64,000 nucleotides of DNA from Octopus sinensis (GCF_006345805.1 NC_042997.1:167524001-167588000); one strand, 5' to 3'. Shown: positions 25,200 to 38,373, numbered from the stretch's first letter. Notes: a model not told the origin generated them from the sequence alone. Program-made: numbers and translations.

Positions 25200-25448
25200 T
25201 ATATATATATAATAGTAGGGAATATAAAATTCCAAACTTACAGGGAAAAATTTAACTTAGCAATACTAAATCAAATTTCACAATATATAATATATGTAAA
25301 TAATTAAGAGCCAAAACCTCTACTTAGTAATTCAATTAATAATGTTTTTTTTTAATTTAGTGATTTTTAGAATATTTGTTATAATATATTTAAAATCTTT
25401 CTATATGATTTATTAATTGAATTATTCAATAGAAGTTTTGTCTCTTAA

Positions 25449-25515
<67 letters not shown>

Positions 25516-26857
25516 CAAACTTCTCTTTTCTTCCTCACATTTCCGCTTTTTCATGCACTATGTCTGTGCTTATCTCTTGCTCCCCCCATTCAGTCCTCAC
25601 TGCCCTTCTCACTGTATCACTGCTATCCTGTTGTCCCCCACTTCGTCTATATACCCACGTTTTACAAGTCCTTGCATTCCCCACCCCTACATTCTTTGCA
25701 TTCATGTGAATTTTATTGTGTACCTGTTGAAGATACAGTGGAGAACTGAAAACAAACGACACCGCTTGTATCACAGTGACATTCATTTACAACTCTCATG
25801 CTATGTCAAGACATGGAAGCACACACACAAACACACATGTACATATATGTGGAGGGTGTATAAAGAAGTGGTTTTAAGGGTCAGATTAAGTACATTCTGC
25901 TAGAAGAACAGAGGTACCTTACCAGCAAGATCAATTATTTCCATAGAAGGAAAAATATTAGTAAGACTCAACCTTTCTATTCCACATCCAACAAATAGTA
26001 ACAACATAGAACGTAATTTTAAAAATAACACACATAGAACGTAATTTTAAAAATAACACACATAGAACTGAATATGTACTAACGGCACGTCCTAAAAACT
26101 ATAAATACATAATAGAAAATAAAATTAGTAAACCTCAAAACTCAGATGAAGTTCAACAAGATCTAACTAAATATATAGAAGCACCCTAATAGGACAACAC
26201 AAATATCTTAGGGTTCACACTATATGGTAACGGGTATGTTAAACACTAAGGCCTGGTACAGGAAAATAACCCCCAATATATGCCTATAAAATTCAAAAAT
26301 AAAAAAAAGTAGATATTATTATTTCTCATAATCATAACTCTCAAAAAAAAACAGTGCCAAACCGAAACCCTAAAATAAACAACAGCAAAATATCAAGTAA
26401 AATCTCTACTAGTCCTAATTTCAAAGTCACTAACCAATTAAAACCTATAGAAAACCATAAAGTAATATACCATCTAGATAAAATATCCTCGGATATAGAG
26501 ATTTGTAAGAAGGCCAGGAAATACTCTTGACAAAAAATTGTTGCTTCTAATATACCTAAGTTATTCTAAACAAAAAAGAAATTCCCCGACCATAAATACC
26601 ATTGTATCTTCAACAGGTACACAATAAAATTCTCATACTCAATAACTTCAAACCATTGACTTCTCAAACGTATCTAAATTTAACTAATATATCAAGCAAA
26701 ACATCTGTATGGAAAACCACACTAACTTCCCGACACATGAAGGTAGTGCCGCAAATCTTAACTCAGATTAATTTCTTAACATTCACCAAATAGAGGAGCA
26801 TCATACAGCTAATAACAGGAATGGTGAAGATAAACCTGTAATCATCCACTAATGAAA

Positions 26858-26907
<50 letters not shown>

Positions 26908-26944
26908 ATAATAATAATAATAATAATAATAGTAGTAGTAGTAG

Positions 26945-27279
26945 TGGGGGAGCATCATAGCCATGTGTTGAGAAGGATTCTTTGGGGTTTGAATAATTCA
27001 CCTCTGGAAACATGGGTGTTTCGTTCAACGTCCTTAAACAACCCTTATTCAGGGACCTTTTGAGCGGGATGGGTTACTCGATCTGAAGAAAATTCTAACT
27101 GGGCTCCACCTGCAAGGTCATGTGCTGTTTATCTTGATATGAGATCACCATGTCGCGCACATATGGTTGTGATGCATGTGCCTGTGTACCCTTATCAGAC
27201 GGGTAGTCATGATGGGTATACTGGGCTTCGTATATTTTACCCCAGTGTCACTTTGATGGCATGCTCTGCTCGCTCACTC
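26945..27279 (+). mobile_element. Retroposon-like insert with (AAT)n tail
   Basis: About 335 bp of complex sequence between (TAC/TAA/TAG)n and a long (AAT)n array; family not identified. Confidence 0.45.
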
Positions 27280-27325
<46 letters not shown>

Positions 27326-27351
27326 TTAATAACAATAATAATAATAATAAC

Positions 27352-27380
<29 letters not shown>

Positions 27381-27382
<2 letters not shown>

Positions 27383-27548
27383 CTTGAGAAGTACATGGAA
27401 CAAATAGGGGCTGCAAATTAGGGTGGCGCACTTGCAGAAAACTGCACTCGAATACTCCAGAAGGTGCTCGAAAAATAGGGGGTATTACCTTAGTTCACTG
27501 GTAGTGAACACCGTAGTACATCTCCAGCTTTAGAAGCTGTGCAAAGGC

Positions 27549-27550
<2 letters not shown>
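27381..27550 (+). mobile_element. R4/Dong-type LINE 3' terminus inside a (TAA)n array
   Basis: LEKYMEQIGA..LQKTAL..RKVLEK C-terminal signature; flanked on both sides by (AAT)n. Confidence 0.7.
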
Positions 27551-27600
<50 letters not shown>

Positions 27601-27611
27601 TAATAATAATG

Positions 27612-27812
27612 CTTTCAAATTTTGGCACAAGGCCAGCAATTTCGGAAAGGGGCTAAGTCGATTAAATCGATTCTAGTGCTCGACTAGTATCTATTTTATC
27701 CACCTCGAAAGGGTGAAAGGTAAAGATGACCCCGGCGACATTTGAATCCCGAATGTAAAGACGAACGAAATGCTGTTAAGCATTTTCCCGGCGTTCTAAG
27801 ATTCTCCCAACT
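27612..27812 (-). mobile_element. Decayed Nin-type SINE
   Basis: AAAGGGTGAAAGGTAAAGATGACCCCGGCG.CATTTGAA block. Confidence 0.72.
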
Positions 27813-29438
27813 CAATCGCTAAAAGCAGACGTGGTGACTCTGGGCGAATCCACTATTGTCACATCCATAACAAAACACACACACATACACACACATGCAC
27901 ACACACACACCACACATACACACACTAACAATAATACCAACACAACACTTCCCCATATGCTTAAATGTCAAAGTTCAAATAAATGTCAAACAAACAGATA
28001 AACAGCACTGTCGGATTTTATAAATGCTCTCATAATGAAAATACACCCGATAACACTCGCAATACAAATACTAACGCTATGGAAGTAAAGAACAAAAATA
28101 CCAATTTGAAAAACTACTAATCTAAATTCACCTCACGCAAATGTAATTGTAGAATAGCCACTATAGATGGTGTGGTGGTCTGGAACGTCGTGGGTCACCA
28201 TTTTAGATGGGTAGGTTGTTGAGCCATCTAACGTGACTCACTCAGAAGGCTGTGACCTCATTTGGTAGTAAACCGGGTATGAAGAAATACATGGAACAAG
28301 GTGATAACTTTAAATGTCTTTAATGCCGGTCTCACGTGTATATACACACTTAATGATAAATGGAAGTGGTTGATGGACATTTATTCATATATCTACATGC
28401 ATCTGCATGGGTTGTGTGTTTGCTGTTAACTCTGGTGAGAAGCTCACGAATAGCGGTATGTGCAATGTATTGGTACTGTGTAGATGTTATTGACGACGTT
28501 GGTGAGAGACATGATTGTGGCGACGAAGATAGAAGTCGCTGCAATGTGGTCAGTGGTTAGACCTTAGAAGGTCTGGAACCAACAGACGTTGAGACTAGAA
28601 GGAGGTGAGTTTTTATAGCTGATGGTAGGCTCAAATGCTGTTTGGAACAGATTGTCTCACGTGATTTATTCGAAGGCTGCAATTGGTTAGGTTGCATATT
28701 GGCGCACGACAGAGTAAGAGACAAATTGCGCCAATACCAACTAATCAGAGTGGTAGACACAACGGGGTCCAAAACAGCCTCCAAAGGTTAGCTGTTACCT
28801 GCTATATAATAGAGAGAGGAAGTTCGCTAGAGTTCGCTACAGACAGCACCTCCCCACCTCAAGTCATTTTGTGGGAGACAAAATAGACGATAAAAGAAAG
28901 ATTTCTGTAGCAGCAAAGAAAGGTGTCCAATCAAACAGAACAAAGTATATATGTACAATGATACAGAAAGAGAGAAAATATGAACGCGAGTAACTAGCGA
29001 GGCAAAGTTAAGAAACGTAAATAGTCTGAGACACAGAACGTCTGACACGCAAATGTGATAACTACTGTCCAGGAAACTGAAAATCACAGGGTGCGAACGT
29101 CAACGTGCTTGAGATGCAATGTTGGCTGCTGAGGCGTGAACAGTACCAAGGCTTTGCCTGCAAGGGCAGTGAGACGCTTATAGGGAAAAAAGTGTTGTTA
29201 GTCTGCAAGAGCGGTGGGTTGCTTGCAGAGGATAGTGTTGTGAGCCTCTTGCAGAGGGTGGAGGTGCTAGCATGCAGAAGCAATGAGAAAGCAACTAAAA
29301 TCCTAGAATGTGGTGCTTGTGTGTATGAACATTGAAACAAGTTAACATATAATATACACAGTATTCAAAAATATGTACATACATAGGTAAGGTCCTGAAA
29401 AAGGAAGTGATACGCAAAGAAAAGTGAAAGAAAAAAAC

Positions 29439-29610
29439 AGGCGCAGGAGTGGCTGTGTGGTAAGTAGCTTGCTAACCAACCACATGGTTCCGGGTTCAGT
29501 CCCACTGCGTGGCATCTTGGGCAAGTGACTTCTGCTATAGCCCTGGGCCGACCAATGCCTTCTGAGTGGATTTGGTAGACGGAAACTAAAAGAAGCCTGT
29601 CGTATATATG

Positions 29611-29641
<31 letters not shown>

Positions 29642-29850
29642 GTGTGTCTGTGTTTGTCCCCCTAGCATTGCTTGACAACCGATGCTGGTGTGTTTACGTC
29701 CCCGTAACTTAGCGGTTCGGCAAAAGAGATCGATAGAATAAGTACTGGGCTTACAAAGAATAAGTCCCGGGGTCGATTTGCTCGACTAAAGGCGGTGCTC
29801 CAGCATGGCCGCAGTCAAATGACTGAAACAAGTAAAAGAGTAAAAGAGAG
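29439..29850 (+). mobile_element. Full-length CORE-like tRNA-derived SINE
   Basis: AGGCGCAGGAGTGGCTGTGTGGTAAG head, GGTTCAGTCCC B-box, CTTGGGCAAG core, (AGTAAAAG)n tail. Confidence 0.9.
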
Positions 29851-30207
29851 AGAGACAACTGAAATGCAATACAATGCGCAGGCGAGGAAAAGTTCCAGTC
29901 TTTAAAGCAGAGGTCAATATATAAGTCCGAAGTGGCCAACACGTCTAAAAGTGTCATTCACGTGGTTGAGGAAGATAAATAACAGCAGCTCTCGCTGTGT
30001 CTGATGCAATGTCGTCCGGAGCAGAAGAAATACAAGCTCGTGAGAAAGACGAAGGAGCGCATTGAGGCAAAGGAACTCATTTTGACGATAATAGGAACGG
30101 AACGCAACGAAGAACAATCAGTTTGCAAGTGAGTGTCCTCTTTTTGCTGTTTCCAAACATCATTTCTATCTCCTTCATTAGTTTCTGTTGGTGAGACGTA
30201 TAATGAT

Positions 30208-30212
30208 TTGTA

Positions 30213-30285
<73 letters not shown>

Positions 30286-30570
30286 ATGTGTATGTGTGTG
30301 TATGTATGTATGTATGTATGTATGTGTGTGTGTATGTATGTATGTGTGTATGTATGATGTATGTATGTATGTATGTATGTCTGATGTATGTATGTATGTA
30401 TGTATGTATGTATGATGTATGTATGTATGTATGTATGTATGATGTATGTATGTATGTATGTATGTATGTATGTATGTATGTATGTATGTATGATGTATGT
30501 ATGTATGTATGTATGTATGTATGTATGTATGATGTATGTATGTATGTATGTATGATGTATGTATGTATGT
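30208..30570. repeat. (TG)n/(TATG)n microsatellite
   Basis: Directly visible. Confidence 0.95.
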
Positions 30571-30674
30571 CATTATTTAGTTTTATTTCAAGATTTCTTG
30601 CTAAAATAAAAAGAAAGAGCCGGTTTCTAACCTAGATCCAAGACTCCTTCATTGGAATTTCAAAAACATCAACA

Positions 30675-31056
30675 AAGCGCAGGTGTTGCTCTGTGGTAAG
30701 AAGCTTGCTTCCCAACCACATGGTTCTGGCTTCAGTCCCACTGCGTGGCACCTAGGGCAAGTGTCTTATACTATAACCTCAGGCCAACCAAAGCCTTGTG
30801 AGTGGATTTGGTAGACGGAAACTGAAAGAAGCTTGTTGCGTATGTGTGTCTTTGTGTCTGTGTTTGTCCCTCCATCATCGCTTGACAACCAATGCTGGTG
30901 TGTTTACGTCCCCGTAACATAGCGGTTTGGCAAGTGTGACCGATAGAATAAGTACCAAGCTTACAGAGAATAAGTCCTGGGCTCGATTTGTTCGACAAAA
31001 AGGCGGTGCTCCAACGTGGCCGCAGTCAGATGACTGAAACAAGTAAAAGAAAATAA
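30675..31056 (+). mobile_element. CORE-like SINE
   Basis: Same family as 29439-29850. Confidence 0.88.
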
Positions 31057-31159
31057 AAAGAAATGGTATTTTTGTATGAATGTATATATGCAGATTTGTA
31101 TGTTTTATTTTATGTATGTATGCATTCTCATGCATATAGTTGCCTATCTAGACATGCAC

Positions 31160-31190
<31 letters not shown>

Positions 31191-31316
31191 TGTATGTATG
31201 TATGTATGTATGTATGTATGTATGTATGTATGTATGTATATATGTATGTATGTACTATGTATGTATGTATGTATGCATGCATGTATGTGTATGTGTATGT
31301 ACTTATGTACGTAATC

Positions 31317-31625
31317 CCAATACCACATACATAACGTACGTGTGTTGTTTAAACGTCAGAAGCTGTGTTTTGTTTGTTTTTTTGTTATTTTTCCGTCTGA
31401 GAAAAATCCCTTTAAAGACGTCTGGTTTTTAAAATTACAGTATACTTTAGACCTAGGCGAAACGAAATCGCCCCAAAGTGAAGACTAGATCGGCGATGCA
31501 GTATTTCGTCATAATAGCGGTTTATCGATAGTCTCAAGTATATGCAAATAGTGTGTTAACTAGTTGCTGATTTGCAGTTTCTGGCATTTAAACAACACAC
31601 GTGTGTTATGTATACAGTATTGGTA
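31317..31625. mobile_element. MITE-like element with ~49-bp imperfect TIR
   Basis: CCAATACC.CATACATAAC..ACGTGTGTTGTTTAAA.G.CAGAA.CTG at 31317-31366 versus its reverse complement at 31577-31625. Confidence 0.55.
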
Positions 31626-31659
31626 ATGGTTACATGTGTAATTTGAATCCGTCGTATAT

Positions 31660-31738
<79 letters not shown>

Positions 31739-31811
31739 AAGAGACACACACACATACATATATACACATGTGTGTGTGTGTGTGTGTGTGTGTAAGCGAT
31801 GCCTTGAAATG

Positions 31812-32727
31812 TGTAACGGCAGAAATTAAATTTGTAAACAATAATATGGAACGTCGGAGTCGTAACCAGTTTGTAAGGATTGGTTCTTCGTTGATAGCCA
31901 TTATGTAAAGATGAAAGAACAGTGAGTGAAGTTGTGAAGAAAATATTTGTTTTACCGTTACATTAAACAATACCTTGCCTCGACGGGCAGATGTTAAAAT
32001 CCCAAAGCATGTGAAGTAAAGATAGATGTCGTAGATTTTCCTTGTATAGTTTGTGTTTGTTTTCGTCATTGTGTAGTAGTAATTACAGATAGAAATAGAG
32101 TGATGTTGTAAGAGAAAATAAAATGACCTAGTGAGAGTGAGAGAGTGTGGGACGAAACAACTGCTTCGTTGGTGAGTTACCGTAGTTGTAATTTTTGTGC
32201 CCTTATCTCTAGAGACAGCGTTTTGTTCAGCCGGTCAGCCAGACTCCGTTCTCACAAACTCACTAACTAGAGTTGTTACTAACCGACTAACTGATTTTTG
32301 CTTGGGGGTTCTTGTTTTTATAACTATCCAGAAGATAGACATATCGTTGAGAACAATAGATTTAGTTGGTGATGTGTGATATCTTAATTCTAGCTTTTGG
32401 CAAAGTAGAAGAGGTTAGTAGGGTCAAGTGGTGAAGACATTATTTTGCTTAGCTAAGGCATCTGGCAAATGTAAAATTGCTGTCACAGAAAACTATTGTT
32501 TTACCGTGAGAAAAGTTCTGTTGAAGTGTTAATTTAAATTTGGCTATGGTGGATCGAATCCACTTTATGTGTTTCTTTCCATCTCACCGTTGTAGCTGGA
32601 GCAAGGAAGACGTGTTCTTGTCTGTCTCCTGTCCAAGCTTGATTTACGCGTTCGCCTCCACAACCACAACCTCGTTTAGGCTTAACAGCCCTTCCTGTTT
32701 CTTTTCACGGTCCTGTTTGTGTTACCA
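31812..32727. mobile_element. Possible solo LTR
   Basis: TGTAAC...GTTACCA ends, ~0.9 kb, complex CpG-containing sequence; no TSD found. Confidence 0.3.
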
Positions 32728-33007
32728 ATTTTGACCCTCCGCAAAATCCCAATACCACATTCGTTAAGTATATGGTATTGGAATTTTGCTTTGCAGGAGC
32801 AACTGTTTTATCAAAAGCGTATATTGTTGTTAAATGCTCGAAATACGAGAGTAGAAAAACAGCCAACAACTGATGAAGAGTCGTTCTTTTTGTTGTTTGT
32901 CTTGTTTTCCATTTGTGTCTTTCGTTGCTCGTAAAAATAGTTCATATTCCATATGCTCGCACTTAGTATTTTTTAGTTGTACAGGTTTCATGACATCCTG
33001 TGCCAAC

Positions 33008-33038
<31 letters not shown>

Positions 33039-33184
33039 TGTATGTATGTATGTATGTATGTATGTATGTATGTATGTATGTATGTATGTATGTATGTATG
33101 TATTTCGTGATTTCTTTTATTCTCTTACTTGTTTCAGTCATTTATTGAACTCTACTATTTCCCTGTATTTAACTTTCTCATATC

Positions 33185-33232
33185 GTCTCTGATGAAGAGA
33201 TATCCTGCATATCCCTGAAACAGCTGTAAGAC
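33185..33232 (+). ncRNA. Type I hammerhead ribozyme
   Basis: Stem I GTCT/AGAC, core CTGATGA, stem II AGAGATAT-CCTGC-ATATCCCT, GAAA, palindromic stem III CAGCTG, GTA cleavage triplet. Confidence 0.8.
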
Positions 33233-33439
33233 TACCTTTCTCTTTATAAATGCCCTAGAAACTTCACACTGCCCTGGCTTTGTTGTCTTATTTTATTTAA
33301 CATATACATGCTCACACACGACCCGCATAAATCCCTTCACTCATACTATTATAGAACCGGAAGTTCTATAATGCACTTACATAGCCTTACCTGCTTTTTT
33401 GGGTCTTGTGGATACCAAAACCTCTCATATATATATATG

Positions 33440-33470
<31 letters not shown>

Positions 33471-33483
33471 GTGTGTGTGTGTA

Positions 33484-33515
<32 letters not shown>

Positions 33516-34387
33516 CATATATATCTATATATATACATACACACGCGCGCGCGCGCGCGCACACACACACACACACGCACACACAGACGTACATATATAT
33601 ATATGACAGGCTTCTTTCAGTTTCTCCAAACCAAAGCCACTCACAAGGTCTCGGTCGGCTTGGGGCTATATTAGAAAACACTTTGCCCAAAGCGCTATAT
33701 ATTGGACTGTACTGGAAACCATATGGTAGGTATGTGTATAAAACACTTAAAATACTTTCCCAGTCAGATATCTTATAAATTATACTATAATATAACAGTT
33801 AATTATCTAATGAATAATACAAACGCTTTTTATATAATAGATTATGTCTTTGATTTCATTGTATAGTTTTAGCATTACACATATACACATAGCAGAAATA
33901 ATATTATAGATTAAGATGAAATAAATCATGATAATATAAACATATCAATACTTTTGACGATGTTGAAATTGTTCCAAATGCGAAATTTTTGCCTTTGTTT
34001 GCAGATCGGCAAGTTTCCAACTGAAAGCACCTCCACTTGCCTCCTTAAATGCACTTTAGTACTCCGTTCGCTCTTTATTTTTGCATTGCAAGTAGCCAAC
34101 CAGCTAGCCAGACAAGTTCTGCTTGCATAAATAGCAGATAAGCAAACAAGACACTCAGACAAACCTGACTTTATAGTGACATTCTTTAGCTCATAAAACG
34201 TTCCCCATGTCAGCTCGATAGGTCTGGATCAAAAAGTTTATAGTTGTATTTATAACCCAAAGAAAATAGAATAAAAGCAATAAACACAAAACTATATCGG
34301 AGATATGTGAGCGCATATCTGTGGGAAAATGCTAACTTCTAGAGTATAGGAACGTTATTCCAGCCGTAAAAAAAAATGATAATTAGG

Positions 34388-34431
<44 letters not shown>

Positions 34432-34434
<3 letters not shown>

Positions 34435-34861
34435 GAAGTTTCGTATGTCGTAGATCAGATTTCCGTCGATTTCCGTAAAAAAATTTTATTTTTTTACATA
34501 AGTAATGAGAGCGAAAGAGACTAAGAGGAAGCGATTTTACGACGAGAAGGTTTCACTTTGAAGTCGGCCTGTTGCGTTTGAGATGGGGTGTGGGGAAACA
34601 GACAGTATGTTGTGTAGTGAAGTGCTCTGTTAGTGTGTGCGAAGAGACAGAGAGAGTAATGTGTGAAAGAGAGAGATAACTGATTTTTTTTACTCGGTGT
34701 ATGTGTATATGTAATGTATGCATGTATGTGTGTGTGTGTGTGTATGTATCTATGTATGTGTGGTGTTTATGTATGTATGTATGTATGGCCGATTCATCGT
34801 AATTTTTACTCGGTGTATGTGAATATGTATGTCTGCATGTATGTGTGGTGTGTGTAAGTAC

Positions 34862-34893
<32 letters not shown>

Positions 34894-35750
34894 AATGTAT
34901 GGCCGATTCAGTGTTTACATTATTTCGAATTAAAACGAAAGATTACCTTGCGGCGCCTGTTTATGTAACAGTCTGCTATGTAGAAAATAATGAGGTTGAC
35001 TCAAGTAATAATGACAGTGATCGAAGATATAGACAAAATTTTTTTATTTAATCGTTATACATGCCTTGTCGACTGCTACTGTGCAGCCTTAATGTCTCTG
35101 TTGATGTGACGATGGTGAAATGGTAAGAAAAAGATGGGAGAGTTATAAAATGAGGAGATATTCTTCTCATGAGAAAAGAGTTGCATTCAAAGAAAAAAAA
35201 GTTAATAGTCTATAGAGGTGCACAGAAACTGGGTGCAAGCATGCATATATATGCATGTGTAAACATTGTGTTGTGCAGCAAAAGGAACGAACAGTACATA
35301 CATACACACACACACACACGTACTTACACACACACACATACATGCAGACATACTTATTCACATACACCGAGTAAAAAATTACGATGAATCGGCCATACAT
35401 ACATACATACATACATAAACACACACACATACATAGATACATACACACACACACACATACATGCATACATACATATACACATACACCGAGTAAAAAAATC
35501 AGTTATCTCTCTCTTTCACACATTACTCTCTCTGTCTCTTCGCACACACTAACAGAAGCACTTCACTTACACAACATACTGTCTGTCTCCCACACCCCAT
35601 CAAACACACACAGGCCGACTTCAAAGTGAAACCTTCTCGTCGTAAAATCGCTTCCTCTTAGTCTCTTTCGCTCTCATTACTTATGTAAAAAAATAAAAGT
35701 TTTTTACGGAAATCGACGGAAATCTGTGCTACTACAACCGAAACTATGCC
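34432..35750. mobile_element. Foldback/MULE-like non-autonomous element with ~460-bp TIRs
   Basis: 34432-34890 is the near-exact reverse complement of 35294-35750; termini GGC..GCC; ~400-bp non-coding spacer. Confidence 0.85.
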
Positions 35751-35756
35751 ATATAG

Positions 35757-35803
<47 letters not shown>

Positions 35804-36023
35804 AAGAGAGAGATACATACATACATATACATACATATATACATATATATATAAAGTGAGATAGGGGTTATGAGTGTAACCCACTATGGGATATCATTTA
35901 TCCGATATACTGCCAGTAAAGTACCCAGAAAGGCTAATACATAAATGCTAAGAATTGCAATGCAATTAATTCATTTATTGTATTATATGGGCGAAGGTAA
36001 AATGTTTTACCACAAATTCATAA

Positions 36024-36106
36024 TACAAAATAAGAAAATGGAGGAATAGATTTCTTTCAATTATGATGATTGAAAGAAATCTATTCCTCCATTTTCTTAC
36101 TTTGTA
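36024..36106. repeat. Near-perfect hairpin (31-bp perfect stem plus 6 bp, 7-nt loop)
   Basis: 36031-36061 is the exact reverse complement of 36069-36099. Confidence 0.92.
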
Positions 36107-36115
36107 CATATATAT

Positions 36116-36179
<64 letters not shown>

Positions 36180-36181
<2 letters not shown>

Positions 36182-37390
36182 GAATGAATATTTAAACTCG
36201 TGAGAAATTGGAGTTTAAAGATTCAAGAAACTTCAGAAATCGAAATTATAGGATTTTTCGTCGAACATTTGTTCGTGTTTTTTTGAGAATTGCTGATTTT
36301 TTGACGATTTGTTAATTGTTTTGTGCTATTTTGCATCGGTTCGTGTGTTTGTGCTTTCTTTCCACGTTTGAGGAGGGTCAACCATGTGTACAACAAGGAA
36401 TTTGTTTTATTCAGACCTTAGCAGGTCGGAATTGTCGTCATCTGAGGTGCTCGTGCGAGCGGTGCAAGAGACGGATAAATGTTTGAAGAAGAAAAGTTTC
36501 GCAGAAGCGACGGAAGTCTCGAGGAAAGAGATGGACTTGTCAAATTTAAAAAGCTTCGAGAAAAATGGTACATAGGGAAGTCGGTGACGTAAAGTTGTCA
36601 CTACCACATGAAGTATTGAAAAGTATGGAAGAAAAAATAATTGTATACAAGGTGTTTTTGCTGGAAGAGAAAAGGATTGAAAACGTATCGACGGAAATAA
36701 TCGAAAAGGCATTGAGGTCAATCTAGCAAGATTTAACATATCTTGCCAGAGGAAGCCGATACGGAACCGTAGAAGTACATTTTAAAACGCAAGAAAGGCT
36801 AAAGAACATTCAGTAACCCCAGTAAAGACAGAAAGAGTGGTCCTCCTACCTACGTACCTTGGAAGAAGGACTTCCAGAGTTAGGGTGGAGGGAACCCCAC
36901 CCGAAATAGATGTGGCTTGGGTAGCAGCGGCTGTGCTTCTGGGAAGCGAAGAAGAAGTGGCCGTCCTCCAAGCCACGATGACAGAGGCTACAAACTGGAA
37001 GGGCCAAATATTAGATGTAATTGTGCAAAGCACAACAGAAAATTTGGGAAAAAAATGGCAGAAACGGTGACTATAGGAGACGCGATGTTAAGAGTCTGGA
37101 TGGAGGGCAGAATCCCTCGTTGCTTCAAATGTGGCCAAAAGGGTCATATTAGAGCGGACTGCCCTTCACGGACTAAGAGAAGCCACGAGGAAATCGGGAA
37201 GGAACCGGAGAAGGTGGAAGAGGAAATAAAGATGAATGAAGAACAGTGGAAAGTGACAGAAGGAAGAAAACAGGAAGAGAAAGAAAGTCAGGATGAATGG
37301 AAACCTCAGCCCGCAACCACCCCACCCATACCTTCTCAATCCCCCCCCCGCAGACGACATACCTGCCCATTCCCCTCCGACACAAAACAT
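36180..37390 (+). mobile_element. 5' UTR plus decayed gag-like ORF1 of a non-LTR retroelement (L1/Tx1-like)
   Basis: Frame-shifted ORF ending RVWMEGRIPR-CFKCGQKGHIRADC (CX2CX4HX4C zinc knuckle at 37121-37162); begins right after (TA)n; no ORF2 follows. Confidence 0.7.
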
Positions 37391-37420
37391 ATATATATAT
37401 AGACAATCATATATATATAT

Positions 37421-38373
37421 TGATACGGGGTCATTCGGAAAAAGAGTGCTTGTGGGCTTGTTTCGTGGTTTGGCGCCAAACAGACGGGGAAAGCTTTTTG
37501 TCCTGTCATTTTCTAGTGAAATTAATGAGTTTGGAAAATACCTCTGACCCTTTTCCGGTCAAGCAAAGTTTAAGAAACCACCCTTTAAAATGCGGCGAGC
37601 TGTGAGTTTGTGGTTCAGTTGGCATCAGGGCAGTTGGCGAGAGAGAGTTGGCCTGGGTTGGTCAGTTCTGCCTGAGACAGTGAGTTGGCAACAGGTGCAG
37701 TCGGGAGAGGCTACGACAGGGATGACAGGCGTGGCGAGAAAGACATACACAGAGGATTGAGGAGGTGAGGGAGATTACGGCGAGAAGGCATGGCTATTCG
37801 TAGTGGGAGTTTGTAAACGAGGAAACATGCGGTATGTTTTGTTTATGTTTTTGGTGTTAAAATGTAAAAAAAGAATTGTTGAAGAGAAAAAGAATTGTGT
37901 CAAAAAAAGAGAACTGTGAATTGTGGAAAAGAGGAAGAAAAAGAAGGGAAAAGAACATTGTGTTAAAGAAAGAGAAAGAAGGAAAGAGAAAGACTTTAAT
38001 GTTGAACTGTTTCGAACTGTATTGCGTTGAACATTTGTTTTGATTGTTTTCGGACTTGTTGTATTGTGCAAGCCTTTGATTGTTTTTCTTTTTTTAATTC
38101 TGTATTTTCTTTAATGTATCTGATATGTATTACGTTTTATTTGATGTTGTAATAATTGTATAAACTGTTCTTAAATGTAAGCAATTGCCTTCCGCCGTGT
38201 CTCTCTCTTCCTGTTGTTGTTGTTGTTGTTGTTATCTCTGGTTACTGGTTCGAGTTCGCTGCCATCCACACCACCGTTTTTCTGTGACGGATTCCGTTCG
38301 ACTGAGCCTGGTCAATCGTCGTCGCTCGACTTAGTAGGGTCCCGGGTTCGAGTTTGAGCGACGGCAGGTTCGT

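Noticed and set aside
28142-28800. Possible solo LTR
   Set aside because: Start TGTAA is present but the end is not CA and there is no TSD; boundaries unsupported.
30003-30128. Plus-strand ATG-initiated 41-codon stretch ending at a GTGAGT donor (MQCRPEQKKY..)
   Set aside because: No convincing downstream partner exon; joining to the acceptor near 34008 gives a stop within 18 codons.
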